From: an uncultured Porticoccus sp.
GTDB lineage: Bacteria; Pseudomonadota; Gammaproteobacteria; Pseudomonadales; Porticoccaceae
DNA length: 60,658 bases
Reading direction: 5' to 3'
Assembly (NCBI GenBank): GCA_964608185.1
Contig: CAZSMR010000002.1
Location: forward strand, 3,494 to 64,151
The notes beneath the pieces are model-generated. The model had not been told where the DNA came from. It searched no databases and saw only the letters and a program-made list of their open reading frames with translations. The translations under genes and the position numbers were made by a program. Shown in pieces: positions 10,724 to 19,950 of the stretch. How positions within the stretch are numbered: position 1 is the stretch's first letter; each line of letters starts with the position of its first letter.

Positions 10724-12259
10724 ATGATGAATGAGGTTATTGAGCACCTTGCAAAAAAGCGAAAGGAGGCAAACCTAGGTGGTGGTCAGAGACGTATAGA
10801 CGCTCAGCACAAGAAAGGAAAACTGACTGCTAGAGAGCGAATTGAGCTTTTAGTAGATCAAAATACCTTCGAAGAATGGGATACATTTGTAGAGCACCGT
10901 TGCACAGATTTTGGTATTGATCAGGAGCATATTCCTGGTGATGGAGTAGTAACAGGATACGGAACTATTAATGGAAGATTAGTTTTTGTATACAGCCAAG
11001 ACTTCACAGTTTTTGGGGGTTCATTATCTGAAACGCATGCTGAAAAAATTTGCAAAATTTCAAAACAGGCAATGAAGGTTGGGGCGCCGGTTATTGGTTT
11101 GAACGACTCTGGTGGAGCTCGTATTCAAGAGGGCGTAGCTTCTTTGGGTGGTTATGCTGATGTGTTTCAACAGAATGTCCTTGCTTCAGGGGTTATCCCG
11201 CAAATTTCTATGATTATGGGGCCTTGCGCAGGTGGCGCTGTTTATTCTCCTGCTATTACAGATTTTATTTTTATGGTGAAAAATAGCTCTTATATGTTCG
11301 TCACAGGTCCAGATGTAGTTAAAACTGTTACCCATGAAGAAATAACAGCTGAAGAACTTGGTGGCGCTATAACCCACTCTAGTAAATCCGGTGTTGCAGA
11401 TTTAGCGTTTGAATCCGATATAGATGCTCTACTTAACTTAAGGAATTTTATTTCTTTTTTGCCTGCAAACAATCGAGAAAAACCACCTGTTTGGCCAACA
11501 GAAGATCCTTGTGACCGAACTGAAAGTTCACTTGATTCTTTGATTCCAAACGACCCTAATAAACCATACGATATGAAAGAGCTCATAACCAAAATTGCTG
11601 ACGAAAGAAATTTTTTTGAAATACAACCTGATTATGCAGCTAACTTGATTATTGGATTTATTCGTATCGATGGATCAACGGTTGGGGTAGTAGCTAATCA
11701 GCCTCTAGTGTTAGCAGGTTGTTTGGATATTAATGCATCCAAAAAAGGTGCACGTTTTATCCGTTTCTGTGATGCATTTAATATTCCTGTCTTAACATTT
11801 GTTGATGTCCCTGGGTTTATGCCGGGTACTAGCCAGGAATATGGAGGTATTATTAAACATGGCGCCAAGCTTCTGTATGCGTACGCTGAATGTACTGTTC
11901 CGAAGGTGACCGTAATCACACGAAAAGCTTATGGCGGTGCTTATGACGTGATGTCATCCAAGCACTTAAGAGGAGACGTTAACTTTGCATGGCCAACAGC
12001 AGAAATTGCAGTAATGGGGCCAAAAGGTGCAGTGGAGATTATTTTTAGAAAGGATATTGGAGATCCAGAAAAAATTAAGAAAAGAGAAATAGAATATCGA
12101 GAGAAATTTGCAAATCCCTATATAGCCAGCAAGCGCGGATATATTGATGACGTTATCACACCGAGCGAAACTAGAAAAAGAGTCTCTCGTTCCCTAGCTA
12201 TGCTCAGCAATAAAGATATAGAAAATCCATGGCGGAAACATGGCAATATTCCTTTATAG
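10724..12259 (+). CDS. pccB: Propionyl-CoA carboxylase beta (carboxyltransferase) subunit
   Basis: [36 protein letters not shown]-terminal KHGNIPL. Sits in the mutase operon. Confidence 0.94.
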   Translation: MMNEVIEHLAKKRKEANLGGGQRRIDAQHKKGKLTARERIELLVDQNTFEEWDTFVEHRCTDFGIDQEHIPGDGVVTGYGTINGRLVFVYSQDFTVFGGSLSETHAEKICKISKQAMKVGAPVIGLNDSGGARIQEGVASLGGYADVFQQNVLASGVIPQISMIMGPCAGGAVYSPAITDFIFMVKNSSYMFVTGPDVVKTVTHEEITAEELGGAITHSSKSGVADLAFESDIDALLNLRNFISFLPANNREKPPVWPTEDPCDRTESSLDSLIPNDPNKPYDMKELITKIADERNFFEIQPDYAANLIIGFIRIDGSTVGVVANQPLVLAGCLDINASKKGARFIRFCDAFNIPVLTFVDVPGFMPGTSQEYGGIIKHGAKLLYAYAECTVPKVTVITRKAYGGAYDVMSSKHLRGDVNFAWPTAEIAVMGPKGAVEIIFRKDIGDPEKIKKREIEYREKFANPYIASKRGYIDDVITPSETRKRVSRSLAMLSNKDIENPWRKHGNIPL

Positions 12260-12321
12260 CTAATTGTGATATTTTTTAGTTTTCGTTAACCAAAACCAAA
12301 TTTTTTATTAGAAGATTATGT

Positions 12322-14310
12322 ATGTTTAAAAAAATTCTTGTAGCAAACAGAGGTGAGATTGCTTGCCGTATATTTAGAACAGCAAATGACATGGGCATCG
12401 CCACCGTAGCTGTATATTCTGATGCTGATAGAGATGCCTTACACGTAAGTATGGCAGATGAGGCTATATGTATCGGATCCTCTCCTTCTGCGGAAAGTTA
12501 TCTAGTTATTGAAAAAATTATTGACGCTTGCAAAATTTCAGGAGCAGATGCAGTTCATCCAGGTTATGGTTTTTTATCTGAAAATAAAAAATTCTGCGAA
12601 GATTTAGTTGCTGCAGGTATTTCGTTCATTGGTCCTGGTCTAAAAGCCATAGAATCTATGGGCGATAAGATAACCTCTAAATTAATCGCGACAAATGCCG
12701 GTGTAAATACAGTTCCTGGATATGATGATATCGTAATGGATGCTGATAAAGCTGTAGAAATCGCTAAAGATATTGGCTTCCCAGTTATGCTAAAAGCTAC
12801 AGCTGGTGGAGGTGGAAAAGGGATGCGTGTTGCATGGAATGAAAAAGAATGTCACGAAGGCTTCGAGCGTGCTTCAAATGAAGCTGTCTCAAGTTTCGGA
12901 GATGGACGAATTTTTATTGAGAAGTATATTGAAAATCCACGTCATATTGAAATTCAAATATTGGCAGACAGTTTCGGTAACATTATTCACTTAGGTGAAA
13001 GAGAATGCTCAATTCAACGTCGTCACCAGAAAGTTATAGAAGAAGCACCCTCACCATTTTTAACCGATATAGATCGAAAAAAAATGGGAGAACAGGCTAT
13101 ATTGCTAGCTAAAGCAGTTGAATATGAGTCTGCAGGAACAGTTGAATTTATTGTCGATGCAGATAAGAATTTTTATTTTTTAGAAATGAATACGCGCTTG
13201 CAGGTTGAGCACCCCGTTACAGAAATGGTTACTGGTTGCGATTTGGTTGAGCTCATGATTAGGGTTGCCGCAGGAGAAAAGCTGCCTTTATTACAAGATG
13301 AAGTTCATCTTAAGGGCTGGGCTATCGAAGCGCGTGTATATGCAGAGGACCCATTTCAAAACTTTCTTCCCTCCATAGGTAGAATGGAACGCTATATTTC
13401 ACCAGTAGGCGAAGGAGTGAGAGTTGATACTGGTGTTATTGAGGGCGGTGAAATCCCTATATATTATGATCCTATGATGGCAAAACTTATAACCTATGGT
13501 TTTGAGAGAAACGAAGCTATTGAAAGAATGAGTAATGCTTTAGATGCATATTATATTCGAGGTGTAAAACATAATATTAGTTTTTTAAGTGCCCTCATAG
13601 GTCACCCTAGATTTATCTCTGGCGAGCTAACGACTAATTTTATTAATGAAGAATATCCTGATGGGTTTAGCTCTAAATTTATACATCAAGACGACCCCGC
13701 TATCTTTATAGTAATAGCAGCAGTTATTTATAAAATCAACGATGATAGACGTGCCATGATCTCTGATCAGCTCTCTGGGCATGAATATAGTCCATTAGAA
13801 GAACTTGTTGTGATAATTGATAATGGTGCTTCTGAACACAAATTAGTAGTAGGACACTTTGATCAATCCTACAGTGTTAGTTTGGGCGGAGAAACTTATT
13901 TTATTGAATCCGATTGGTGTATTGGGGAAGTATTGTTTAAAGCAGACATAAATGGTGAAAGGGTGATTTTGCAAGTAGACGCAATAGATCAGCATCTTCA
14001 TTTATTTTACCGAGGTGCAAAAAAAGAGGCCCTTGTTTTTTCTCCCAGAGCAGCAGAACTTAATAAGCATATGCTACTGCAAGAGAAAATCGATATGTCT
14101 AAGTTTCTAATTTCTCCAATGCCTGGATTGCTTGTTAAACTAACAGTAAAAACTGGAGATATCGTTAAGGCAGGACAAGAAATAGCAGTCATAGAGGCTA
14201 TGAAGATGGAAAATAGCCTATGTGCCATATCTGACGAAGAAGTTTTAAGAGTATCAGTTAATGTTGGAGATATTCTAGCGGTCGATCAGTTAATAGTTGA
14301 GTTTAAGTAA
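12322..14310 (+). CDS. pccA: Propionyl-CoA carboxylase alpha subunit (biotin carboxylase + biotin carrier)
   Basis: KILVANRGEIA, ERECSIQRRHQK, EMNTRLQVEHPVTE, biotinylation motif EAMKMEN. Confidence 0.93.
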   Translation: MFKKILVANRGEIACRIFRTANDMGIATVAVYSDADRDALHVSMADEAICIGSSPSAESYLVIEKIIDACKISGADAVHPGYGFLSENKKFCEDLVAAGISFIGPGLKAIESMGDKITSKLIATNAGVNTVPGYDDIVMDADKAVEIAKDIGFPVMLKATAGGGGKGMRVAWNEKECHEGFERASNEAVSSFGDGRIFIEKYIENPRHIEIQILADSFGNIIHLGERECSIQRRHQKVIEEAPSPFLTDIDRKKMGEQAILLAKAVEYESAGTVEFIVDADKNFYFLEMNTRLQVEHPVTEMVTGCDLVELMIRVAAGEKLPLLQDEVHLKGWAIEARVYAEDPFQNFLPSIGRMERYISPVGEGVRVDTGVIEGGEIPIYYDPMMAKLITYGFERNEAIERMSNALDAYYIRGVKHNISFLSALIGHPRFISGELTTNFINEEYPDGFSSKFIHQDDPAIFIVIAAVIYKINDDRRAMISDQLSGHEYSPLEELVVIIDNGASEHKLVVGHFDQSYSVSLGGETYFIESDWCIGEVLFKADINGERVILQVDAIDQHLHLFYRGAKKEALVFSPRAAELNKHMLLQEKIDMSKFLISPMPGLLVKLTVKTGDIVKAGQEIAVIEAMKMENSLCAISDEEVLRVSVNVGDILAVDQLIVEFK

Positions 14311-14405
14311 ACAAGAGATATAAAAAACCTTTTTATATTAAGATTTGATTTGTGATGAAAATGTAAGATTTAACTACTTTTTTCAAGTCTCGAGGGGTAA
14401 AGGTA

Positions 14406-15383
14406 TTGCAGTTAAATTGTAGTGAATTAGCAAAAAATATTCGTCTTGGTGACAGACGAGCACTATCTAAGGCTATCACCTTAGTCGAGTCAGCCCTTCC
14501 GTCTCATCAAGAAAATGCAGCAGAATTATTGGAGCTAATTATGCCCTATACAGGAGATTCCATTAGGATTGGAATTTCTGGTGCTCCTGGTGTTGGAAAG
14601 TCAACTTTTATTGAATCTTTCGGTAACCATGTTATCAGCGAAGGACATAAAGTTGCTGTCTTAGCGGTAGATCCAACGTCGTCTGTTAGTGGTGGATCTA
14701 TATTAGGAGATAAGACCCGTATGGAGGTCTTATCCCGTGAAGATGATGCATATATTCGACCTTCACCTGCAGGTAAAACACTTGGCGGTGTAACTCGAAG
14801 AACACGAGAAACATTACTGCTTTGTGAGGCTGCTGGTTTTGATATAATTTTCGTAGAAACCGTTGGAGTTGGTCAGTCAGAAACAGCTGTTGCAGAGATG
14901 ACAGACATGTTTCTATTGTTACTATCTCCGGGAGGCGGTGATGAGCTTCAGGGTATTAAGCGCGGTATTATGGAACTCGCAGATCTAGTTTTAGTTAATA
15001 AATCTGATGGAGACCAGCTAGCTGCTGCTGGAAGAACAGTTTCTGATTATCAGATGGCATTACAATTCCTGCATAACCGAAGCGTAAATTGGCAAGCAAG
15101 AGTCCAAACAATGTCTTCCCTCAACAATCAAGGTATCGATTCAGTATGGCACGCTGTTACCGAATACCGTCAGTTATTAGAGAAAGCAGGAGAAATATCT
15201 TCACGTCGAACTTCGCAATCATGCGCTTGGATGTGGAGCGAAACAGCTGACGCGCTTTTAGAGGACCTAAAGAAAAGCCAATCAGTAATGAGTCTTGTTG
15301 AGGACTTAGAAGGCGATATAAAAAAAGGTATACTTCCTCCAACAGTTGCTGCAAGAAGGTTGATTCAGCAATTTAAGAAATAA
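14406..15383 (+). CDS. meaB: Methylmalonyl-CoA mutase GTPase chaperone MeaB
   Basis: GAPGVGKST, VDPTS..GGSILGDKTRM, ETVGVGQSE, GDELQGIKRG, NKSD. TTG start. Confidence 0.95.
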   Translation: MQLNCSELAKNIRLGDRRALSKAITLVESALPSHQENAAELLELIMPYTGDSIRIGISGAPGVGKSTFIESFGNHVISEGHKVAVLAVDPTSSVSGGSILGDKTRMEVLSREDDAYIRPSPAGKTLGGVTRRTRETLLLCEAAGFDIIFVETVGVGQSETAVAEMTDMFLLLLSPGGGDELQGIKRGIMELADLVLVNKSDGDQLAAAGRTVSDYQMALQFLHNRSVNWQARVQTMSSLNNQGIDSVWHAVTEYRQLLEKAGEISSRRTSQSCAWMWSETADALLEDLKKSQSVMSLVEDLEGDIKKGILPPTVAARRLIQQFKK

Positions 15384-15422
15384 TTTTTTAAAATTAATTA
15401 CATAACCTAAAAAAGGTACTTC

Positions 15423-15827
15423 ATGATTGGAAATCTCAACCATATTGCTATTGTAGTCCCCGATCTTGGTAAAGCTGTAGCAACATATCATGACGCGCTG
15501 GGAGCTAAGGTTACTAATCCAGTGGATTTGCCAGACCACGGTGTCCGTGTGGTGTTTGTAGAACTAGAAAATACTAAAATAGAATTACTGCTGCCTATTG
15601 GAGCAAGCTCACCAATCGCCAATTTTTTAGAGCGCAATCCAGATGGCGGTATACACCATATCTGTTATGGTGTAGATAATATTATTGATGCGAGAGACAA
15701 GTGTGTTGCCGAAGGATTAAGAGTTATTGGCAATGGGGAACCTAAAATCGGCGCCCACGGAAAACCCGTTCTATTTCTTCATCCTAAAGATTTATGCGGA
15801 ACTCTTGTAGAGCTAGAGCAAACATAA
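15423..15827 (+). CDS. mce: Methylmalonyl-CoA epimerase (VOC family)
   Basis: LNHIAIVVPDL, GGIHHICY, FLHPKD..GTLVELEQ. Last gene of the mutase operon. Confidence 0.95.
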   Translation: MIGNLNHIAIVVPDLGKAVATYHDALGAKVTNPVDLPDHGVRVVFVELENTKIELLLPIGASSPIANFLERNPDGGIHHICYGVDNIIDARDKCVAEGLRVIGNGEPKIGAHGKPVLFLHPKDLCGTLVELEQT

Positions 15828-15851
15828 AATTATACTCAGAATCCTTAATAA

Positions 15852-17045
15852 CTAGATGATTTTTTCAGAACGATAGTAATCCATAAGTATTTCAGCTACT
15901 TCTGATCTAGAAAATTCTGGCGGAGGAGCAATTCCCTTACTCAGCATCTGCCTAACTTTTGTCCCTGAAAGGATTATGAAATCTTCTTTTTCATGATCTT
16001 CGACTTCGTTCATCATGACTACTTGGTTTAATTTTTTTGAATATGCAGTATGATCTGCCGGAAAAATCTGAATTTCAAGTGACCCATCTGGTACTTTGTT
16101 TTTAAATATTTCTTGAGAATCAAACGCACCATAATAATCCCCTACACCAGCATGATCTCTTCCGATAATTAAATGCGTAGCACCCATATTTTGTCTAAAG
16201 ATGGCATGAAGGATGGCTTCTTTAGGTCCGGCATATAACATATCAAATCCATATCCATTTACCATCACTGTATTATCCGGAAAATATAAATCTACCATCT
16301 TTCTAATACAGGCATCACGAACAGGAGCTGGAATATCTCCTTTTTTAAGTTTGCCGAGTAACATATGCACAATCACACCATCGGCATCCAGACGCTCCAT
16401 TGCCATATGACATAATTCTTCATGGGCCCGATGCATAGGATTTCGAGTCTGAAAAGCGACAACTTTTTTCCACCCTCGGTTTTCAATTTCATCACGAATT
16501 TGTTGAGCAGTTCTGAATGTGTCTGGAAAATCATTTTTAAAATAACTGAGACTTAATACTTGAATATTTCCTGATATTAAATAGTTACCTAAGCTATTAA
16601 AAGTTTCGACCCCAGGATGTGAAGAGTCAACTGTTCCAAAAATTTCTTTGGCTATAATTTGAATTTCTTCATCAGCAACTAGTTCGATATTTTTTACATC
16701 CATGATCGCCATTACTGGGTTACCGTCAGTATTTGGATCTCTCAAAGCAATACGTTTTTCGCCCTCAATCCCACTTATATCTTTAGTAAGGTTTAATATT
16801 GGAATAGGCCAAAATAATCCGTTAGTCATATGTAGTGTCTTGGAGACACTCAATGTTTCTTGAAGATTCATATAGCCGGGTAAAGGATTAAAATATCCTG
16901 CACCTAGCATTACTGCGTTGGCTGCAGCTGAGGAATTGATAACTAGGGATGGCAAGAAAGAAGCTTCTTCTTGAAGCTTGCTATTATGTTCTGGGTCAGA
17001 AATAAATAATGAATTTAATTTTTCTGAGCCATGTGGCTTTATCAC
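15852..17045 (-). CDS. sat: Sulfate adenylyltransferase (ATP sulfurylase), Sat type
   Basis: FQTRNPMHRAHE, YAGPKEAILHA, IIGRDHAGVGDYY, LSGTKVR, PPPEFSR. GTG start after SD AGGGGAG. Confidence 0.96.
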   Translation of the reverse strand: MIKPHGSEKLNSLFISDPEHNSKLQEEASFLPSLVINSSAAANAVMLGAGYFNPLPGYMNLQETLSVSKTLHMTNGLFWPIPILNLTKDISGIEGEKRIALRDPNTDGNPVMAIMDVKNIELVADEEIQIIAKEIFGTVDSSHPGVETFNSLGNYLISGNIQVLSLSYFKNDFPDTFRTAQQIRDEIENRGWKKVVAFQTRNPMHRAHEELCHMAMERLDADGVIVHMLLGKLKKGDIPAPVRDACIRKMVDLYFPDNTVMVNGYGFDMLYAGPKEAILHAIFRQNMGATHLIIGRDHAGVGDYYGAFDSQEIFKNKVPDGSLEIQIFPADHTAYSKKLNQVVMMNEVEDHEKEDFIILSGTKVRQMLSKGIAPPPEFSRSEVAEILMDYYRSEKII

Positions 17046-17414
17046 GTTTCACTCCCCTGAGAGAATTAATTAACTTACTGATGCGTAAGATATAACTATA
17101 ATATTATAGATTTTGTTATGACAAATTCTGGCTACTAGAATCTATTTCTACACTTATGCTCATGTTACTTGCTGTTAATATTGTATGCCGAGCATAGTAT
17201 CGATAGTTGCCCTATTTTTCCACACAAAAAAATGCAATAAATATCACTATATATTTTGCAGCGCAAAAATAAATAATTGCCTAGCAAAAACCTTAGTAAT
17301 TAATATATTTAATACTCAAACATCGTTCACGATCAACACTTATATCGTTATAATGATTTATCGATTTTCGCAACTCAAGTATTGCCCCTATTAATGAAAA
17401 ATGTGGAGAAGAAA

Positions 17415-18032
17415 ATGAGTCAATTTAAAAAGGTCGGTATGACCGTCTTAACAATGGTCATATTATTGGGAATTTCAGGTTGTGGCTCCAATGAGAAGGA
17501 ATTGAAACTTACGTCACAGCAAAAAGAGGAAATTGCTGAGCGACTAGTTCCTGCAGGTAAGTTGGTTCTTCAAAAGGATTTGAATCAAACTGCAACTACT
17601 GCAGCAGTTCGAAGCACTGCATCTGCTCCAAAAGTTAAACTTTCAGAAGGTTCAGAGCATATCGTTAAAATGTTAAATTCAGGTGCTGGTGGAAGTATGA
17701 TCTTCGAACCTGCTGTGATTAAGGTGTCTAAAGGCGATACCATTCATTTTAAGGCAACAGATATGTCACACAATTCAGCTTCTATGGATGGAATGATTCC
17801 TGAGGGAGCTTCTAGTTGGGCTGGGCAATTAAGTCAGGATATGACTATTCAGCTGGATACCGAAGGAGTCTACGTATATCAATGCGATCCTCACGCAATG
17901 ATGGCTATGGTTGGAGTAATTCAGGTAGGAGAAGCTATAAATATGAGCCAAGTGAAAGAGGAAGCAGCCAATCAAAAATCAACGTTTATGATGAATTCAG
18001 AAAGGTTAGAGACCTATTTATCTCAACTTTAA
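17415..18032 (+). CDS. Lipoprotein with C-terminal pseudoazurin-like type-1 copper domain
   Basis: ATG 17415 after GGAGA. Signal peptide with lipobox ISGC. VKMLN..MIFEP..GDTIHF, ligands HN and CDPHAMMAM. Confidence 0.88.
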   Translation: MSQFKKVGMTVLTMVILLGISGCGSNEKELKLTSQQKEEIAERLVPAGKLVLQKDLNQTATTAAVRSTASAPKVKLSEGSEHIVKMLNSGAGGSMIFEPAVIKVSKGDTIHFKATDMSHNSASMDGMIPEGASSWAGQLSQDMTIQLDTEGVYVYQCDPHAMMAMVGVIQVGEAINMSQVKEEAANQKSTFMMNSERLETYLSQL

Positions 18033-18149
18033 AAGAAATTATTAGCGACTAGTTTTTTAAAATAGGTTTGTACTTTTTTGCAATTATAGTCAAGTTTTAC
18101 TTGTGCTATATATAATAATTCTATGAAGCACTTTTCCTTTGCAGGCATG

Positions 18150-18869
18150 TTATTTGATTGCTAGGAATCCCTCGAAGCAGAGGTATTTTTGAACCGTGTT
18201 GATGTCAACAAACCCTGCCCTTTTTAGCATGTCTAAATTACCTTGTGTTGAGAAAGGCTCTAACACTCCTTTCAGGCTCCTAGATTTAGCAATTATTTCA
18301 TCAGCCGAATACCCTTCACGAAGTTTATAGTCGTGATACAGAGCGCTCAAAATATCTTGAAATCTAGCATCTGCCCCACGAACTTTTTCAAACAATAATA
18401 GGGCTCCCCCCCAGTTTAATGTCTTGTATAGTTTATCTATTAATTTTTGTCGCACTGAGGTGTTTATGAATTGAACAGTATAGTAACAAACAATTAAATC
18501 TGCCTGATCCATCTCTAGTTGCGTTACATCCTCAGCAAGAAAAGAAACATTTAACCCTTTTACCTGATTAAGTTTGCTACAGGATTTTCTAATCATGTCT
18601 TCTTCTATGTCTACCCCAATAAAATGTGCCTCGGGTTTATTTTTATGATGAGCTGCAAGCTCCAGAGTTAAGGTCCCTGTAGAGCAACCTATTTCATAGC
18701 ATATAGAGTTTGGCTTAATAAAAAAATCACTCATATCGCATATGAGATCATGCCCCTCCTTATATAGAGGAACTGATCTAGATATATGAGCATCAAATGA
18801 GTCTACTAATTTCCCGTTAAATGTCCAATTTGCCCTTTCTAAAGGTAATGTAGCACTTACTTTTTTCAT
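18150..18869 (-). CDS. Class I SAM-dependent methyltransferase, CmoA-like
   Basis: WTF..FDAHISRSVPLY, motif I EIGCSTG, YTVQF, GGALLLFEK. Confidence 0.82.
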   Translation of the reverse strand: MKKVSATLPLERANWTFNGKLVDSFDAHISRSVPLYKEGHDLICDMSDFFIKPNSICYEIGCSTGTLTLELAAHHKNKPEAHFIGVDIEEDMIRKSCSKLNQVKGLNVSFLAEDVTQLEMDQADLIVCYYTVQFINTSVRQKLIDKLYKTLNWGGALLLFEKVRGADARFQDILSALYHDYKLREGYSADEIIAKSRSLKGVLEPFSTQGNLDMLKRAGFVDINTVQKYLCFEGFLAIK

Positions 18870-18969
18870 TTCTAAGATCCTTTCGGGGATATTTCAAGCA
18901 AATTATGGACTCTATATTAGCATTAAATTATATAATGCTCTCAGTTAATGTACGAGTTAGAATGAAGTT

Positions 18970-19878
18970 ATGCCTTTGCCCAAAAAAGTAAAAATTGTTG
19001 AAGTAAGCCCAAGAGATGGATTGCAAAATGAATCAAAATTGGTCTGTGCTGAGGAAAAAATAGAGCTAATTAATCTTTTGGTTCATGCTGGAGTTCGTTG
19101 TATCGAAGCTGGAAGTTTTGTAAACCCAAATTGGATCCCGCAAATGGCTACTAGCGATGATGTGTTTCGTGGTATGAGGCGCAGAAAAAACGTTACTTTT
19201 TCAGCACTAATACCAAATCTACGAGGATTTGATCGCGCCATAGATGCTGGTGTTGACGAGATATCAATTTTTACTTCAGTATCTGAATCTTTTAGTAAAA
19301 TAAATATAAATTGTTCGGTTGATGAGAGCTTGCAGCGCTTCATACCAGTTCTTAAGGCTGCACAAGATAAAAATATTCCAGTACGAGCTTACGTATCTTG
19401 TGTGGCAGGCTGCCCTTATGAAGGCTATATGAATCCAGAGAAGTCAGCCAAATTGGCTGATGAGCTATATCAGATGGGCTGTTATGAAATTTCACTGGCT
19501 GATACAACTGGAGTTGGAACTCCATACCTTATATCCCAAATAATAGAATGCGTTGCTAAAAAAATTCCTATCCACAGAATCGCCGTTCACTTCCACGATA
19601 CTTATAGTCAAGCCCTAGTAAATATTTATGCAGCATTATTAATGGGGGTAAACATTATTGATAGCTCAGTAGCAGGACTTGGCGGTTGTCCTTATGTAAA
19701 AAATCCCGATAATAATGGAGCCTCTGGAAATGTTGCAACTGAGGATTTAGTTTATATGCTTAATGGCTTAGATATTGAGCATAATATTAATCTTAAGAGA
19801 GTTATTGCAGCAGGGGTTTTCATTTCCAGAAAACTTGGGAGGCCAAATAGATCTAAAGTTTCTACAGCATTGGCTTGA
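18970..19878 (+). CDS. Hydroxymethylglutaryl-CoA lyase
   Basis: EVSPRDGLQNE, HFHDTY, AGLGGCPY, SGNVATED. Confidence 0.92.
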   Translation: MPLPKKVKIVEVSPRDGLQNESKLVCAEEKIELINLLVHAGVRCIEAGSFVNPNWIPQMATSDDVFRGMRRRKNVTFSALIPNLRGFDRAIDAGVDEISIFTSVSESFSKININCSVDESLQRFIPVLKAAQDKNIPVRAYVSCVAGCPYEGYMNPEKSAKLADELYQMGCYEISLADTTGVGTPYLISQIIECVAKKIPIHRIAVHFHDTYSQALVNIYAALLMGVNIIDSSVAGLGGCPYVKNPDNNGASGNVATEDLVYMLNGLDIEHNINLKRVIAAGVFISRKLGRPNRSKVSTALA

Positions 19879-19950
19879 TATTGAACCACTATTTATTGTA
19901 TTTTGCAGGCCTTAGATAATAATTAAATTTTTTTTAATTAGAGGACCGAT

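Noticed and set aside
17185-17394. 69-aa ORF and a possible FNR site (TCGTT-N4-ATCAA) upstream of the cupredoxin gene
   Set aside because: The ORF looks like translated AT-rich intergenic DNA with no SD, and the FNR left half-site matches only 3 of 5.
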